NCBI GenBank assembly: GCA_965112735.1
Contig: OZ218960.1
Span: 3,100,001 to 3,164,000 of the forward strand
Source of the DNA: Phaeosaccion multiseriatum
Lineage: Eukaryota; Protista; Ochrophyta, other classes
Reading direction: 5' to 3'
Length of the DNA stretch: 64,000 bases
Part shown: piece after piece, positions 60,516 through 64,000 of the stretch
Layout of the letters: every line of letters starts with the position of its first letter
Numbering within the stretch: position 1 is the stretch's first letter
Translations under genes and position numbers: made by a program
The notes under the pieces: generated by a model
What the model was told of the DNA's origin: nothing
The model's input: the letters and a program-made list of their open reading frames with translations, nothing else
Database searches by the model: none

Positions 60516-61440
60516 AGCCTCGAATGAGCCAGGGCGGGCAGACCCCTCCCCTGTCGCGGGCCAGCAAGACAAGGACAACAGGCGTAAAGCCTCCCTCCCT
60601 CCCTCCCTCCCTCCCTCCCTCCCTTCCTTCCTTCCTTCCTTCCTTCCTTCCTTCCTTCCTTCCTTCCTTCCTTCCTTCCTTCCTTCTTTCCTTCCTTCCT
60701 TCCTTCTTTTCTTCCTTCCTTCCTTCCTTCCTTCCTTCCTTCCTTCCTTCCTTCCTTCCTTCCTTCCTTCTTTCCTCCCTCCCTTCCTTCCTTCCTTCCT
60801 TCCTTCCTTCCTTCCTTCTTTCCTTCCTCCCTTCCTTCCTTCCTTCCTTCCTTCCTTCCCTCGTCCCTCCCTTCCTTCCTTCCTTCCTTCCTTCCTTCTT
60901 TCCTCCCTTCCTTCCTTCCTTCCTTCCCTTGTCCCTCCCTTCCTTCCTTCCCTCGTCCCTCCTTGACTCCTTCCCTCCCAGACTCCCCCACTCTCTGAGA
61001 GAGCCCGGCTCTGCTTAACTTCGCGTATCTTGCGTATATTTGAGCCCTCGGCGTATAAGGTATATATTCGGGGAGAGAAGCGGCGTGAAAGAAAGCATAT
61101 ACATACAGGGGAGGAGTAAACCAGGACAAACAATAACCTTTGACTTATTATATATTCCCGAAATTCCTTCGTCCCCTCCTACTCACCCCGGCCTGCAGCT
61201 GGTACGGAGACAGGGCGGGTGTGGCCAACACCTTCCACCACCTTCCACGAGGGAGGGCAGGAATGGATGGTGACCACTCGAGTGTTCCTAACTTCCCTTC
61301 GGTTAGTAAGGGGTATAGGGGAAGAAGAAGGAGGAAACTAAATATTACCAGGCCCGAGGAATATACTTCCACGGCGCCGTAAATGCACGAATATAAAGCG
61401 GAGTATATACTGCTGGGTTTTTTTTCGGCCCTCGGGTGGC

Positions 61441-61877
61441 CTAACGGGGCCGGGCCTTTGAGGTCATGGTGGTGATGGCCCTGTTGAGATCGTCTAGCGC
61501 ATTGTGGTCATCCTTCCTCGTCTCCTCCTCCTTCTCCTCCATCTCCCGGGCTGCGGCCGCTTGTTCCGCCTCCCTGGCCTCGAGGTATGCCTTGCTCTCA
61601 CGGAACTTGGCGAGGAAGTTGTCTTGCAGCATGTGCCGCACCTCCAGGACGGAGGGGTGGAACACGCTGGCCCGAGCTTCCGCCTGCCAGGCCAGGCCAG
61701 TGGAGCGACAGTGGAGCGGCAGTGGGGCGACAGTGGAGCGACAGGGGGGGGGTACGGCGAGGCGACCGAGGCCAGAGGGACGCGTGAGAGGATAATGAAA
61801 AGGAAGGATTGAGGCGGTGGAGCAGGCATGCCTGGCTGGAGGGTAGTCCAGCCAGCAGGGGCAGCGAGAGACAGGCA

Positions 61878-61920
<43 letters not shown>

Positions 61921-63324
61921 CGGGGAATGCACCTGATCGGCGCTCATGAAGACGTCCCTGTCCATGAGGCGCAGCCCCTGCGTGCGCATCTTGGTGTTGA
62001 TGTTCACCTCCATGTCCGAGAACTGCTCAATGTACGTGCGGCAGATGGAGGTGTAGCACTCGTACACCTGCTCCAGCAGCGGAGCAGGAGGGCCCTCCTC
62101 GCCTCCACCGGCCCCTCCTTCGCCCCCTTGCTGCGCGGCTTGCGGCGGTGCCTGTCCTTCTTCTTCTTCTCGACCCCCGCCCTCCGCCCTCTGCTGCTCG
62201 CGGCGCACGAGAGCGTCGTACCCCTCCACTGCCCGAAGGAAGTCGTAACTCTCGAGGCAGAGCGCTCGGCGAATGAAGTCGTAGAACAGCCTGTCCAAGA
62301 CCGGATGGGCCATGATCTCGGCCACCTCCGCACCAATCCCGCCCCCCGCGCTGTGCCGTGTGTCTGTCAAAGAAGACTGCGGCACTACATGTCGTCCCGA
62401 TTTGCTGTTCGGTGCGCGGAAGCTTGGTCTTGTTTTTTTTACTTTCAAGTATGCACTCCTGGTTATGGGGTCGCGCACCCATCGGAGGTCCCCCCACCAA
62501 TACAGCGATACAAGTGCAGTAGCAAGAGTGTACGAAGCGATCACGAAGTTCAGCGCCGTCGACACCTTCCATGCGTTCGTAGTCTCCTGCACCACGAGGA
62601 CGAAGAAGTAGACGAGACCAAAAACTAAGAAGGACATCGTCGAGCAGGTGATCTCCTCTCCGATGCGCAGGAGGTCGTTGGCCTTGACAATCCGTCTGCT
62701 ACAATACCCTGAGGAGGCGGCCATCATGGCGAGGGAAGTGATCTGCAGTTGCCAAGGCTGCGCCGCGTAGCAGTAGTAGTCGCTCCCGGACTCGAAGGGT
62801 CTGAACCACATCACCAACGAAGCCATCACCATACTCTGCAGGAAGCCGCCCGCTATCTGCTTCCATGCCCAGAAAGGCGCCAGAATGAAGGCATATTTCT
62901 TCCGGGTCTCCTGTTTTCCGATGGCTACCATCATCTTCAGAGCTCGCATAATATAGGAGCCACCTGTACTCGAGAGATGGCAGGACAATAAAAAGTTATA
63001 TCGGCCGTGTATGGGGAGACGTGGACTCAAAGTAACCAGGCACTTCCCCTCAATGAGTTACTTACCAGCCAACGACATTGACAAAAAAGTTGAGAGTATG
63101 ACGAGGTCGCACGGGAAGGGGGCCCCCTCCATCCTGCAGATGTACTCGACACTTATGATGCACGTAGCAGCCGTTAGTCCCGCGACGGAGCATAGGACAA
63201 GGCCGGGGTAGCGAGCCCTGATGATGGGGTAGTTCCTTCTCTGCCAAAGCTGCCAACTCTTCCGAACGACGGCGCTCAATTGGGCCGCAGTTAGCACCAG
63301 GACCACGACACTCGCGGCATGCAT
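61441..63324 (-). CDS. 7TM-RGS protein (seven-transmembrane domain fused to regulator of G-protein signalling domain); 3 exons
   Basis: Exons 63324-63066, 62963-61933, 61683-61441. There are seven hydrophobic segments, with RRNYPIIRARYP after TM1. RGS box: IMAHP...FYDFIRRALCLESYDFLRAVEGY...ICRTYIEQFSDMEVNI...VFHPSVLEVRHMLQDNFLAKFRESKAY. Confidence 0.88.
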
Positions 63325-63470
63325 CCTTCGTTTCGGAAGCTCCCTTGCGTCACTTGCGTGGATTAGCTGCTCCCTTTCTTTTTATATCACCTTGTGTACT
63401 CGTTTGGAAAACTGCCGCCGGATCTGTAACTGCCCCCCCCCATCATAAATTGCCCTCCACTCTCCCAGGC

Positions 63471-63966
63471 TCAGAGCGCTTGTGGGGGGCACAGAAGCGA
63501 CCCACACACATGATACCACGACACCTGACACCTGACACCTGACACCTGACACCTGACACCTGACACCTGATACCTGACACCTGACACCTGACACCTGACA
63601 CCTGACACCTGACACCTGACACCTGACACCTGACACCTGACACCTGATACCTGACACCTGACACCTGACACCTGATACCTGACACCTGACACCTGACACC
63701 TGACACCTGATACCTGATAGGCAGTTGGAGGTCGGCCGAGACTCAACGCCCAGATGCCTCTTTCGGGTGGGGTCCCGAAGTTGACCCAAGGAGTGGCCGA
63801 CACTCTCGCCTGTGCCTGCAGCTTCTCTAGCTTGGACACGAGCAGCGCGATGACCTCGGGGTTGGGATGAGGGGATGCCATGGCACTGTCGATCACGGCC
63901 ACTTCCTCCACCGTCGAGGAGTCGAAGTTTGCATCGTTCTGACTCAGCAGCTCCAGCACCAGCAGC
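63471..63966 (-). CDS. 3' exon of a gene extending beyond the window (possibly ankyrin-like), running into a 7-bp repeat
   Basis: Polypyrimidine tract + CAG acceptor at ~63967-63990, then an open frame LLVLELLSQNDANFDSST...PNPEVIALLVSKLE. The true stop or splice is uncertain. Confidence 0.45.
63521..63718 (-). repeat. 7-bp tandem repeat (TGTCAGG/TATCAGG on minus strand), ~28 copies
   Basis: Direct reading: (ACACCTG)n with occasional ATACCTG. Confidence 0.95.
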
Positions 63967-64000
63967 TGAGGGAGGGAGAGAGGGGAGGGGGGGGGGCTGG

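Overview
Eukaryotic, intron-dense, microsatellite-rich nuclear DNA. It is most likely from a flagellated ochrophyte (stramenopile) alga: two genes carry bipartite signal + Phe-initiated plastid transit peptides, and the IFT dynein-2 heavy chain is present. Gene order: 3' part of cytoplasmic dynein-2 heavy chain (+, ~48 exons, to 21358); a head-to-head inverted pair of identical 5S rRNA genes (22.3-22.9 kb); plastid-targeted fructosamine/ketosamine-3-kinase (+); a degenerate ~3 kb interval; mitochondrial HslU/ClpY (-), divergent from a plastid-targeted LMW protein-tyrosine phosphatase (+); MFAP1 (-), divergent from CPSF2 (+); a hypothetical gene (-); an ankyrin-repeat gene (-) flanked by degraded dispersed repeats; a 7TM-RGS gene (-); and the 3' exon of another minus-strand gene. 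Most ORFs in the six-frame track are microsatellite artefacts. Two observations stand out. (1) FN3K and LMW-PTP, the two enzymes of the known ribulosamine/erythrulosamine deglycation route, are both plastid-addressed and lie ~9 kb apart, a possible eukaryotic protein-repair cluster. (2) The introns share a strand-polarised code: GATGGCAG-type motifs near donors and their reverse complement CTGCCATC near acceptors, sometimes forming terminal hairpins. Exon boundaries were traced by eye and no database searches were run.
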